Source: Ruminococcaceae bacterium UBA2854
GTDB taxonomy: Bacteria > Bacillota > Clostridia > Oscillospirales > Acutalibacteraceae
NCBI GenBank assembly: GCA_002350765.1
Contig: DEFK01000024.1
Location: forward strand, 320-64,319
Direction: 5' to 3'
DNA: 64,000 nucleotides
The position numbers and the translations under genes were made by a program. Shown here piece after piece: positions 37,130-46,189 of this stretch; within the stretch, counting starts at the first letter, position 1, and the number at the start of each line of letters is the position of its first letter. The notes beneath the pieces were generated by a model. The model made no database searches and was not told the origin of the DNA. It worked only from the letters and a program-made list of their open reading frames with translations.

Positions 37130-39204
37130 CAGCTTTTAACTGCTTTCTCGTAACCGCAATCCTTGTTTTCACAGAAAAGGACTTTTTTCTTACCCTTTTT
37201 CTTGAACAGGATTTCTCCGCACTGCGGACATCTTTCGTTCACAGGTTCATTCCATGATACGAAATCACATTTCGGATAGTTACTGCAGCCGTAGAATACT
37301 GTCTTTTTCTTCGTTGTCTTTACTATAACGTCGCCGTCGTCACATTTAGGACATTTTACGCCGATTTTCTGAACGTACTTTTTAACATTCTTACATTCGG
37401 GATAACCGGGACATGCGATAAATTTACCGTATCTGCCGACTTTAATAACCATATTTCTGCCGCAGTTTTCGCATATAATATCAGTTTTATCTTCCTCAAG
37501 CTGGATTTTAACGCCGTCCATATCTGTTTTGGCTTTTTCTAAGGTCTTTTCAAAATCCTTGTAGAAATCGTCAATAAGAGCTTTCCACTCAACCTCTCCG
37601 CTTTCTACTGTATCGAGGTTCTGTTCCATCTGGGCGGTGAATTTAAGGTTAACAATTTTAGAGAAACGCTCTTTCATAAGGTTAACCATAGCTTCGCCGA
37701 GCTCGGTGGGAATTAAAGTTTTACCCTCACGTTTTACATACTCGCGGCTTGTGATTGTTGAAATAGTCGCGGCGTATGTAGACGGACGTCCAATACCGTT
37801 TTCCTCGAGAGTTTTAATAAGAGAAGCTTCCGTATATCTCTGCGGAGGCTGTGTAAAGTGCTGGTTAGGCACAATCTCTTTCTTGCGTACGCTCATTCCC
37901 TTTTCTAAATCGGGAAGCTGGGAAGCCTTTTCCTCGGCGGTATCCTTACCCTCTACATATAAAGAGGTAAAGCCGTCAAACGATACGGTATAGCCTGAAG
38001 CTTTAAAGATATGATTATTACCCTCGATTTCGGCTCTGGTTGTTTTTTGCAGACAATCCGCCATCTGTGAGGCTACAAAACGCTTCCATATAAGGTTGTA
38101 GAGCTTATACTGGTCGGAGGATAAGTTATTTTTAATCTTATCGGGCTCTAAAGACGGCATTGTAGGACGAATAGCCTCGTGACCGTCCTGAGCGTTTGAA
38201 CGAGATTTAAAGAATCTGGGCTTAGCGGGAAGGTATTTCTCGCCGAATTTTTCATTAATGTACTGGGTAACCTCGGATACAGCCTGCGCTGAAATTCTTA
38301 AAGAGTCGGTTCTCATATAGGTTATAAGACCTGTAGCGCCCATATTGTCTATTTCAATTCCCTCGTAAAGCTCCTGGGCTACACGCATTGTACGGCGTGA
38401 CTGGAAGCCCAGCTTTCTCGAAGCTTCCTGCTGTAGAGTTGAGGTTATAAACGGAGGCGCGGGAGATTTCTTTCTAGTACCGTGTTTAACGTCTTTAACA
38501 AAGAAATCAGCGTCCTCGAGCTCGGAGAGGATTTTTTTAGCCTGTTCCTCATTTTCGATTTTATCTTTACCGAGATATAATGTCGCGGGGAAAGATTTTC
38601 TCGAACCTTTGGGGATAAATTTAGCGTCAATTGTCCAGTATTCTTCGGGATTGAACGCTCTTATCTCCTCCTCGCGGTCAACAATAATACGAACCGCTAC
38701 GGACTGTACACGTCCCGCAGACATACCGCGTCTTATTTTCTGGGAAATAAACGGACTTAATTTATATCCGACAAGTCGGTCGAGAATACGTCTTGCCTGC
38801 TGAGCGTTTACAAGGTTTAAATTAATCGACCTCGGAGCGCTCATTCCGTTATTAACACCTGTTTTAGTAATTTCATTAAATTCTACGCGGTTAGCGTCGT
38901 TTAAATCAAGATTAAGAATATACGCCAAATGCCACGATATAGCCTCGCCCTCGCGGTCGGGGTCAGTTGCGAGAAATACTTTATCGCATTCAGCGGCGTG
39001 GGCTTTAATATCTTTTACCAAAGACTCCTTACCCTTTATAATCTGGTATTTAGGCTCGTAGTTGTTTTTTATATCAACGCTGAGTCTAGCGTCGGGTAAG
39101 TCGCGAACGTGTCCCATAGACGCGATAACGTCAAAATCCTTGCCTAAATATTTTTTAATTGTTTTAGCCTTTGCGGGTGACTCAACAATCACTAAATTTG
39201 ACAT
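37129..39204 (-). CDS. topA: DNA topoisomerase I
   Basis: 691 aa. Has a TOPRIM domain (LVIVESP.KA), an active-site Tyr region (YMRTDS) and C-terminal Cys4 Zn ribbons. Confidence 0.97.
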   Translation of the reverse strand: MSNLVIVESPAKAKTIKKYLGKDFDVIASMGHVRDLPDARLSVDIKNNYEPKYQIIKGKESLVKDIKAHAAECDKVFLATDPDREGEAISWHLAYILNLDLNDANRVEFNEITKTGVNNGMSAPRSINLNLVNAQQARRILDRLVGYKLSPFISQKIRRGMSAGRVQSVAVRIIVDREEEIRAFNPEEYWTIDAKFIPKGSRKSFPATLYLGKDKIENEEQAKKILSELEDADFFVKDVKHGTRKKSPAPPFITSTLQQEASRKLGFQSRRTMRVAQELYEGIEIDNMGATGLITYMRTDSLRISAQAVSEVTQYINEKFGEKYLPAKPRFFKSRSNAQDGHEAIRPTMPSLEPDKIKNNLSSDQYKLYNLIWKRFVASQMADCLQKTTRAEIEGNNHIFKASGYTVSFDGFTSLYVEGKDTAEEKASQLPDLEKGMSVRKKEIVPNQHFTQPPQRYTEASLIKTLEENGIGRPSTYAATISTITSREYVKREGKTLIPTELGEAMVNLMKERFSKIVNLKFTAQMEQNLDTVESGEVEWKALIDDFYKDFEKTLEKAKTDMDGVKIQLEEDKTDIICENCGRNMVIKVGRYGKFIACPGYPECKNVKKYVQKIGVKCPKCDDGDVIVKTTKKKTVFYGCSNYPKCDFVSWNEPVNERCPQCGEILFKKKGKKKVLFCENKDCGYEKAVKS

Positions 39205-39277
39205 AGCTTCATAACCTTTCCGCCCACTATATTACAAATTACTTCCTTATCGTGAGCAAATAAGGAATATTAAAAGT

Positions 39278-40474
39278 TTAAATTATTCTATAGCTTCTTC
39301 CCTGTACGCATTTTATAAGCTCTCTTAACTCCAGCGTAGTAAGTATCGGAAGCAGCTTAAATACAGGCAGACCTGTTTTCTCAGCTATAACATCTATATG
39401 TACAGGTTCATAGCCGATAGCGTAATAAACGTTGTACTGTTCCTCGTTTAAGTCGAGGTTTTCTTTATGCGTGGGAATTTCCGATAAATCGTTGGTTTTT
39501 AAGCCGTTTATATTATTGGGAGCTTTTCCTTTAATCGGAATTACATCAATTATATCGTCCGCGGGTTGAGCTGATACATCGAGCTCGGTAGTTACATACA
39601 CGTTATCAAACGCGTCGATTATATCCTTATAATCCGTAACGAGCATAGCAATACGGTTTTTAACGAGCTTATTAGAGCCGTCGAAGTGTGAATCCACAGG
39701 TCCCGCTAAGGCGAAAATCTTTTTACCCGCGTCCTGTTCCAAAGCCGAGTTGACCGTTATCAGCGAACCGCTTCTGCTGCCAGCTTCAATAACGAGGATA
39801 CCGTCGGATAATGCCGAAATAATTCTGTTTCTTTGCGGGAAATGATAGCTGTACGGCTCGGTGTCGGGCGGATATTCGCTTATAACCGCGCCTTTAAACG
39901 TAATATCACTTCGCATTTTAGCGTTCTCACGCAGATAGTCGTAGTTGATTCCGCATCCGAGCACGCATATTGTCACTCCGTCAGCGGCTAACGCGCCTAA
40001 ATGCGACGAACAGTCTACGCCTAAAGCTCCGCCGCTTACAATCGTAACACCCGCTTTAGCGAGGTTATACGCCATACTGTAGGATGATTTAATACCGTAC
40101 ATAGACGCTTTTCTTGTACCTATCACCGCTATCGACATTCTGTCGTCGATGTCAGGCAACGCGCCTGATATATAGAGTACAGCGGGAGGGTCGTCAATAT
40201 CAAACAGACACCTCGGATACTCGGGGCTGTCTATACAAACCAAATCGTAATAATAAAGACGGCACTTTTCGATTATCTCATCAGAAACAGATAACGGTGT
40301 ATTCTTCATATTTTCCAATTCCTTATCAGAAAACAATCCCGAAAAACGCCATTCTTTTTCTCCGCCGTTATAAAACTCCTCAATACTTTCGTAAAGAAAA
40401 GTCAGTTTCTTAGCTTTAGTTGTACAATATCCGATTGACTGGGTAAACCAAATCCAATATCTCAGATTATTCAT
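39278..40474 (-). CDS. dprA: DNA processing protein DprA
   Basis: 398 aa. The Rossmann-like DprA core contains GTRKAS and GGALGVD. Confidence 0.92.
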   Translation of the reverse strand: MNNLRYWIWFTQSIGYCTTKAKKLTFLYESIEEFYNGGEKEWRFSGLFSDKELENMKNTPLSVSDEIIEKCRLYYYDLVCIDSPEYPRCLFDIDDPPAVLYISGALPDIDDRMSIAVIGTRKASMYGIKSSYSMAYNLAKAGVTIVSGGALGVDCSSHLGALAADGVTICVLGCGINYDYLRENAKMRSDITFKGAVISEYPPDTEPYSYHFPQRNRIISALSDGILVIEAGSRSGSLITVNSALEQDAGKKIFALAGPVDSHFDGSNKLVKNRIAMLVTDYKDIIDAFDNVYVTTELDVSAQPADDIIDVIPIKGKAPNNINGLKTNDLSEIPTHKENLDLNEEQYNVYYAIGYEPVHIDVIAEKTGLPVFKLLPILTTLELRELIKCVQGRSYRII

Positions 40475-41253
40475 TTAACCATTTCCCAAATTAGAATAGC
40501 AGCAGCCGCCGAAGCGTTTAAGGATTCCGCCCTGCCGTTCATAGGTATCGTAATTTTTTTATCGCAGGCTTCTATTGTAGACGCTTTAACGCCGTTGCCT
40601 TCGTTTCCGATAACAAGTAAAGAGTTGTCGGAAAACTTAACATCGGTTATCTTTTCAGCGTCACCGCTAACCACGGAAGCGTACGACGTTATATCTTTAT
40701 GCGCGGAAATAAAATCTTTAATACTGCTTTCTACAGTAAAAGGGATTCTGAATACAGCGCCCATACTTCCCCTTACAACCTTAGGGGAATAAATATCACA
40801 GCAGTCGTCGGATAAGACAATTCCGTCTATACCTACAGCTTCAGCCGTCCTGAGAATAGTTCCCAGATTAGACGGATCCTGGATATTATCCAGCGCGACA
40901 AATTTTCCACCAATACTAATTTTACCAAATAGCGGTGTTTTGTCAAGAGCTTTTATAACACAGAGTATCCCCTGCGGCGATTTTGTCTCGGAAATTTCTT
41001 TAAATACCTTCTCTGAAACAATAAAACTTTTCTCCGAAACCGCGGATAGCTTCTCGATTATATCGTTGTATTTATCTATAATATCTTCTCGTACAACAAG
41101 ATATGAAATTTTCGCGTCAGAGTTAAAAGCGTCAAGGCAAAGTCTTACACCCTCGGCTGTAAACTCAGCGTTTTCTTTTCGATACCTCGAGCTTTTATTC
41201 AATTTATTAATATGCTTTACGAGTGAATTATCTTTACTTGTAATCTTAATCAT
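40471..41253 (-). CDS. TrmH/SpoU family RNA 2'-O-methyltransferase
   Basis: 260 aa. Has SpoU motifs (DPSNLGTILRTAEA, VIGNEGNG, ESLNASAAAAI). Confidence 0.88.
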   Translation of the reverse strand: MIKITSKDNSLVKHINKLNKSSRYRKENAEFTAEGVRLCLDAFNSDAKISYLVVREDIIDKYNDIIEKLSAVSEKSFIVSEKVFKEISETKSPQGILCVIKALDKTPLFGKISIGGKFVALDNIQDPSNLGTILRTAEAVGIDGIVLSDDCCDIYSPKVVRGSMGAVFRIPFTVESSIKDFISAHKDITSYASVVSGDAEKITDVKFSDNSLLVIGNEGNGVKASTIEACDKKITIPMNGRAESLNASAAAAILIWEMVK

Positions 41254-41284
41254 AATAATACAATTATCAATTCATAATAAATAG

Positions 41285-41316
41285 CAAAAGCGTTTGGGGT
41301 GTCCCAAACGCGTTTA
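41285..41316 (-). terminator. intrinsic terminator after rplT
   Basis: Minus-strand RNA folds as GCGUUUGGG-ACAC-CCCAAACGC followed by UUUUGCUAUUU. Confidence 0.6.
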
Positions 41317-41325
41317 CAATTTTAA

Positions 41326-41679
41326 TTATTTTGCGGCTTTAGCCTGCTCAACGAGAGCTGTGAAAGCTGCGGGATCGGAAATAGCGATTTCGGAAAGCAT
41401 CTTACGGTTAAGTGTAATTCCTGCTTTTTTAAGGCCGTTCATAAATGTGGAGTAGTTTACTCCGTTAGCCTTACAAGCTGCTGAAATACGTGTAATCCAA
41501 AGACGACGGAAATCTCTCTTCTTCTGTTTACGACCGATATAAGCGTAGTTTCCTGACTTCATAACGGCCTGTTTAGCCATTTTAAAATGTCTGGATTTAG
41601 CGCCGAAATAACCCTTAGCGAGTTTTAATACTTTTTTTCTTCTCTTGCGAGTAGTAATCGCACCTTTTACTCGTGCCAT
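41326..41679 (-). CDS. rplT: 50S ribosomal protein L20
   Basis: 117 aa. Begins [26 protein letters not shown]. Confidence 0.97.
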   Translation of the reverse strand: MARVKGAITTRKRRKKVLKLAKGYFGAKSRHFKMAKQAVMKSGNYAYIGRKQKKRDFRRLWITRISAACKANGVNYSTFMNGLKKAGITLNRKMLSEIAISDPAAFTALVEQAKAAK

Positions 41680-41715
41680 TTTTAATACCTCCGTTAATTA
41701 GAAATTTTTAATCAA

Positions 41716-41913
41716 TTATTTATAAGGGATAAGACGTTTAATCTGAGCCACGTTTGTCTTATCAGCACAAGTAGTCTGGCGCAGACCTCTCTTACGTTTA
41801 GTTGTTTTCTTGTTTAAGATGTGAGATTTGTTAGCGTGAGCTCTAATTACCTTACCTTTTTTAGAAAGCTTAAAACGCTTTTTAGCTCCGCTGTGTGTTT
41901 TAATTTTTGGCAT
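41716..41913 (-). CDS. rpmI: 50S ribosomal protein L35
   Basis: 65 aa. Begins [15 protein letters not shown]. Confidence 0.96.
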   Translation of the reverse strand: MPKIKTHSGAKKRFKLSKKGKVIRAHANKSHILNKKTTKRKRGLRQTTCADKTNVAQIKRLIPYK

Positions 41914-41935
41914 AATATTTATCCTCCTTAACTAT

Positions 41936-42457
41936 TTACTTATTTGGCTTTGGCGATAAAAACATAAGCATATTACGGCCCTCAAGCTTAGCGGGTTTAT
42001 TTACAACCGCGTATTCCTCGCAAGCCTCGGAAAATCTTTTCATAAGGTCATATCCAAACTCGGAATGTCCCATTTCCCTGCCTCTGAAACGAATAGAAAC
42101 CTTAACCTTATCGCCGTGCTTAAGAAACTTTATAGCGTTGTTAAGCTTGGTGTTAAAGTCATGGGTATCGATATTAAGCGAAAGTCTTACTTCCTTTGTA
42201 TCGACAATTTTCTGATTCTTTCTGGCTTCTTTTTCCCTTTTAGCCTGTTCGAATTTGTACTTGCCGTAATCCATAATCTTGCATACAGGCGGTTTAGCCT
42301 GGGGAGCAATTTTTACGAGATCAAGGTCTTCTTTAGCCGCCAGATCAAGAGCTTGTTCAGCTGACATAATACCGAGCTGATCTCCGCTTGCGCTGATAAT
42401 ACGAAGCTCGCTGCCTTTTATATCCTCGTTGATCTGAATTTCACGCTTGCTGATAAT
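41936..42457 (-). CDS. infC: translation initiation factor IF-3 (ATT start)
   Basis: The track ORF starts at an internal Met (42367). The frame stays open upstream and reads (M)IISKREIQINEDIKGSELRIISASGDQLGIMS.... ATT at 42457..42455 lies 6 nt after GGAGG. Total length is 173 aa. Confidence 0.92.
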   Translation of the reverse strand: MISKREIQINEDIKGSELRIISASGDQLGIMSAEQALDLAAKEDLDLVKIAPQAKPPVCKIMDYGKYKFEQAKREKEARKNQKIVDTKEVRLSLNIDTHDFNTKLNNAIKFLKHGDKVKVSIRFRGREMGHSEFGYDLMKRFSEACEEYAVVNKPAKLEGRNMLMFLSPKPNK

Positions 42458-42622
42458 AAAGCACCTCCAAAGCGATTATAACAAAAATAAAACGCGGACA
42501 GAAATCGTCCGCGTTGAATACAAATAAACATAGTTAAATAACCTTAGTTTTAATAAGTATTACCCGTGCAGACGACACCCCACAGGTGAAGACATTTCTG
42601 TCTTTCTTTATTTTACTAGAAG
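42458..42622 (-). promoter_or_regulatory. infC-rpmI-rplT 5' leader, candidate L20-responsive attenuator
   Basis: About 160 nt of untranslated leader lies between a consensus promoter and infC. It contains small hairpins (AAGACA-GAAA-UGUCUU) and a terminator-like hairpin just before the SD. Confidence 0.45.
42481..42515 (-). terminator. terminator/attenuator hairpin in the infC leader
   Basis: Minus-strand RNA folds as AACGCGGAC-7 nt-GUCCGCGUU (9 bp) followed by UUAUUUUUG, and ends about 25 nt before the infC start. Confidence 0.6.
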
Positions 42623-42651
42623 ATTATATAACAAAATTATGGATTTGTCAA
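42623..42651 (-). promoter_or_regulatory. sigma-A consensus promoter for the infC operon (TTGACA-17-TATAAT)
   Basis: On the minus strand, TTGACA (42651..42646), a 17 nt spacer and TATAAT (42628..42623). Both hexamers are perfect. Confidence 0.65.
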
Positions 42652-42654
42652 GTC

Positions 42655-44433
42655 TTATTCTAAACATTTATAGATAAGCTGGGCGATTCTCTCGGAACTC
42701 TTACCGTCGAGGTCATCAAAGAACATATTTCTGAATCTCTCGATTTTCTCCATTTCGAAATCCTCTTCCTTAATAGCCTGGAGTAATTCATAAAGAGAAC
42801 TGCATATTTTACCTGGTATATAAAGCTTAAAGTCGAAGTAGAAATCTCTCGACTTAATATACGCCTGTAAATCATACGCGTAGAACAGCATAGGAATATT
42901 AAGTAAGGAAGCCTCGAATACAAGAGACGAGTAGTCGCTGATAATAACATCGGAAATAAAGAGCAGGTCGTTAATCTCGGTGCTCTCGGACAGGTCGATA
43001 ACTCTATCCTTATACTTCTCAGGAATCGGATGCTGCTCGGTAATAAACGGATGATGCTTAATAATTACCGCGTATTCATCGCCTAATGTTTCGCAAACCT
43101 CGTTTATATCGAATAATTCCATCGGATATCTCGCGGTCTGTTTAATATCGCCTCTGAATGTCGGAGCGAAGAGAACGATCTTCTTATCTTTAAGGTTGGG
43201 ATACTCGCTGTAGAACTGCTTTCTGAAGTTCTCTTTATACTCTTCGTCGAAGAAAATATCGGTTCTGGCGATACCTGTAGGTACAACGTTCTTTGTAGCT
43301 ATACCGAAGCCCTCGGAATGGCACTTTTTACAATAATCTGAGCTTACTGTTACATAGTCATAGTTACGGTGCATTCTCGTAGGCTGAGGAGAGCCCTTTG
43401 GTTTACCGAGTCGGGTGAATCCAAACGTCTTAAACGCTCCGCAGGCGTGCCATAATTGTACAATCTTAGTCTCGGGTTTAATATCAATAAGGTGAATCTG
43501 AGGAGTAAACTCGTCTAGAATAATAACCTTACTTGTAGCGCAAGCCTCGGCGAAATCGTCGATTTCTTTTCTTGTCATATATCTGAAGGATTTTGTGTTA
43601 AACAAGAAATTGATATCGAGATTCTTATCATCCTTAATCTTGTTGTAAACAAACTCGAAGTTACCTGAAATCTCTTCTCTTCTCGCTGAGAAGAAAGTGA
43701 TTTTATTTGGCTGAACCTTTTTATGCTTTTTATGCTTATACTTACGTCTGATTAAGTTTCTCTTATAACCGTCCATAGTAAGACTTTCTCTCGAAACTCT
43801 CGCTATACGGTAGATAATATACGACACAAGACGCGCAAGCTTGTTTTCGGACTCGATTTTAGACGGCATACTCTTAAAGCCTGTAAAGGTTAACAGACCT
43901 TCTATTATAAAAATAGGAATAAGACATAAGGAGAGAATAAGCGTTATAAACTTAATAAACGAGTCGAAAGCCTTAACGATAGAGCCCTTGCGGTTGTAAC
44001 GGTTTATCCTGTCGGGTCTTGATGTAATATCAAAGTGGTCGCCGCAAGCCTTAAGAGTAAAGAATTTTTTATCCTGAATAAATTCATCGGGTGTAACGTC
44101 TATAGGTACTCTTTCCGCGTAGAAATCGGCGAAGTTAAGATTGAAGTACATATTAAACGGTAAGCCCTGACCTCTTGTTTTCCAGAAGATATAATCCAAA
44201 CGATAAGTGTATATTCCTGAGAACATACACTTTCCGTCAATATAAGTAATATCCCTGAATCTGATTACAAGAGGAATTCTTCTATCTTCTTCTCCGTTAT
44301 CAAAGTAAAGAATTACCTTAGGAGTAGAAAGAAACTTAGGGTTAATAGATTCATCGATAAACTCACCCGATAAATCAATTGTCATTGATTGCTTTTCAAC
44401 AACAATGCTGTTAATTTTAATCTTATAATCCAA
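42655..44433 (-). CDS. CDP-glycerol/CDP-ribitol polyol-phosphate transferase (TagB/TagF/TarL family) with an extra N-terminal domain and a hydrophobic segment
   Basis: 592 aa. The C-terminal 380 aa show TagF-family motifs (LWHA.GAFK, HPF, SDYSS..FE...L..P). Starts with TTG after a GAGGGA SD. Confidence 0.88.
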   Translation of the reverse strand: MDYKIKINSIVVEKQSMTIDLSGEFIDESINPKFLSTPKVILYFDNGEEDRRIPLVIRFRDITYIDGKCMFSGIYTYRLDYIFWKTRGQGLPFNMYFNLNFADFYAERVPIDVTPDEFIQDKKFFTLKACGDHFDITSRPDRINRYNRKGSIVKAFDSFIKFITLILSLCLIPIFIIEGLLTFTGFKSMPSKIESENKLARLVSYIIYRIARVSRESLTMDGYKRNLIRRKYKHKKHKKVQPNKITFFSARREEISGNFEFVYNKIKDDKNLDINFLFNTKSFRYMTRKEIDDFAEACATSKVIILDEFTPQIHLIDIKPETKIVQLWHACGAFKTFGFTRLGKPKGSPQPTRMHRNYDYVTVSSDYCKKCHSEGFGIATKNVVPTGIARTDIFFDEEYKENFRKQFYSEYPNLKDKKIVLFAPTFRGDIKQTARYPMELFDINEVCETLGDEYAVIIKHHPFITEQHPIPEKYKDRVIDLSESTEINDLLFISDVIISDYSSLVFEASLLNIPMLFYAYDLQAYIKSRDFYFDFKLYIPGKICSSLYELLQAIKEEDFEMEKIERFRNMFFDDLDGKSSERIAQLIYKCLE

Positions 44434-44449
44434 TTAAAAATCCCTCACA

Positions 44450-45115
44450 TTACTTAACTAATTTATAAAATTTATCAACCGCTTCATTAAGCGGAAAATC
44501 TTTTCCGTAAACAGACGAAGATCCCGCGACAAATATATCGGCGCCGTTTTCACGCATTTTACCGCAATGATCCCAGCTTACGTTACCGTCAACCTCAATA
44601 AGAACATCCTTACCCGATTTAACGATAATATCCTTTAATTCGGCAAGACGTTCCATACTCTTTGGAGCTAAAGGCTGTCCCGCAAACCCAGGATAAACAG
44701 TCATAATCAGGATAGCGTACACCTCGTCAAGGAACTCGCAAACAGTATCTACGGGTGTGTCTGGGCTTATAGCAAGGCAGGCGTCAGCGCCGCGGGATTT
44801 AATATCCGCTAAAACATCGTGAGGATTTTCACAAGCCTCAAAATGTACGGAAACCATATCCCCCTCGGCTATTTCCATCTTATCGAAATACTGCTGAGGT
44901 TCAAAAGCCATAATATGAATATCTCTTCTGATATTCTTCATCGGCTTTTTAAAGCTTTTTACCATATTGGTATCAAATGTGATATTAGGCACAAATTTAT
45001 TGTCCATAAAATCTATGTGCAAAAACTCAACTCCGAGTTCATCGAGTTTTTTAATCTCGTCGGATAAATTGAGTAAATCAGCGCACATAACGGACGGTGA
45101 TAACATACCTCTCAT
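44450..45115 (-). CDS. ribulose-phosphate 3-epimerase family protein
   Basis: 221 aa TIM barrel. Contains PS.M.AD, HIDFMD..FVPN, and VDG. Confidence 0.85.
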   Translation of the reverse strand: MRGMLSPSVMCADLLNLSDEIKKLDELGVEFLHIDFMDNKFVPNITFDTNMVKSFKKPMKNIRRDIHIMAFEPQQYFDKMEIAEGDMVSVHFEACENPHDVLADIKSRGADACLAISPDTPVDTVCEFLDEVYAILIMTVYPGFAGQPLAPKSMERLAELKDIIVKSGKDVLIEVDGNVSWDHCGKMRENGADIFVAGSSSVYGKDFPLNEAVDKFYKLVK

Positions 45116-45124
45116 ATTTACCTC

Positions 45125-46177
45125 TTAGTCCATAGTAATCATAACTTTGCTGTAAAACTCGGTATGATCCTTCATAATTTCGAGTCCCTTATCCATTTCC
45201 TCAAGCGAGAATGTCTGTGTGATAAGAGGCTTAACCTTAACAGCTCCTGTGGACATAGCGTCAACAACAATGCTCCAGTCACTCTGCGGAGTATTATTGT
45301 ACGCGGAATTCCATGTTCCGAAAATTCTAAGCTGTTTTCTTAAAATCTGCCAGTAGGTGTTCTGCGGGAATGTATAATCTCCGTGAGGATTACCTACATA
45401 AATTACCTTACCGCCCGATGCTACGCTGTCAAGACAGTTACCCGCGGTTACGTCCATACCTACAGCTTCAATAGCTATATCGGCGCCGTTACCGCCTGTC
45501 TGCTCCATAACCCACTCAACGGGATCGCCGTGAGAAGCGTTAAAGTAATCATAAAAGCCTAAGCTTTCGATAAAATCATAGTTATTTAAATCGGTACCTA
45601 CTAAAAGAACCTTGCTGGCGCCCCAGGCTTTAGCCCACTGAGCGATAAGCATACCTATAGTACCGGGACCGTAGATTACAACGGATTCGCCGATTTCAAT
45701 ACCCGCTCTTCTTAAAGCGTGAAGCGCAACGGCTGTAGGCTCAGCCATAGCGGCTTCTTCAAAGCTTACGTTATCCGCTATAGGAACAAGGTTCCATACG
45801 GGAACTCTTACATATTCCGCAAAAGCGCCGTCGGAGCGTGAGCCTAAATAATCGTAGCTCTTACAGCACTCGTAAACGCCCTTGTTACAGCTTGTGCATT
45901 CTCTGCAAGGAATAAGCGGAAATACAGCGGCGCGTGTTCCGATATACTTTTCATTTTCTTTAGTAGCGGCAGCTACAACTTCACCCGCGAACTCGTGGCC
46001 GGGTATTGTCGGGAAATGATATGTTCCGTTTACAAAAATTCTGGGGATATCCGAACCGCAAATACCGCAGGCTTTAACCTTCATTAAGACCTCATCGGGC
46101 TTTAACTCGGGTATGGGATAATCCTCATATCTTAAATCTCCGACACCGTGTAAAACACGTGCTTTCATTGTATCCAT
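45125..46177 (-). CDS. tarJ: Zn-dependent medium-chain dehydrogenase, probable ribulose-5-phosphate reductase (TarJ-like)
   Basis: 350 aa. Has GHEFAGEV, a structural-Zn Cys cluster and the GPGTIG NAD(P) fold. The gene context (tarI upstream, TagF-like downstream) supports the call. Confidence 0.75.
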   Translation of the reverse strand: MDTMKARVLHGVGDLRYEDYPIPELKPDEVLMKVKACGICGSDIPRIFVNGTYHFPTIPGHEFAGEVVAAATKENEKYIGTRAAVFPLIPCRECTSCNKGVYECCKSYDYLGSRSDGAFAEYVRVPVWNLVPIADNVSFEEAAMAEPTAVALHALRRAGIEIGESVVIYGPGTIGMLIAQWAKAWGASKVLLVGTDLNNYDFIESLGFYDYFNASHGDPVEWVMEQTGGNGADIAIEAVGMDVTAGNCLDSVASGGKVIYVGNPHGDYTFPQNTYWQILRKQLRIFGTWNSAYNNTPQSDWSIVVDAMSTGAVKVKPLITQTFSLEEMDKGLEIMKDHTEFYSKVMITMD

Positions 46178-46189
46178 AGTAACCTCCTC

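Noticed and set aside
39243-39267. Hairpin TTCCTTAT-9 nt-ATAAGGAA between dprA and topA considered as a terminator.
   Set aside because: It is an 8 bp all-AT/GG stem with no real U tract downstream. It is too weak to call.
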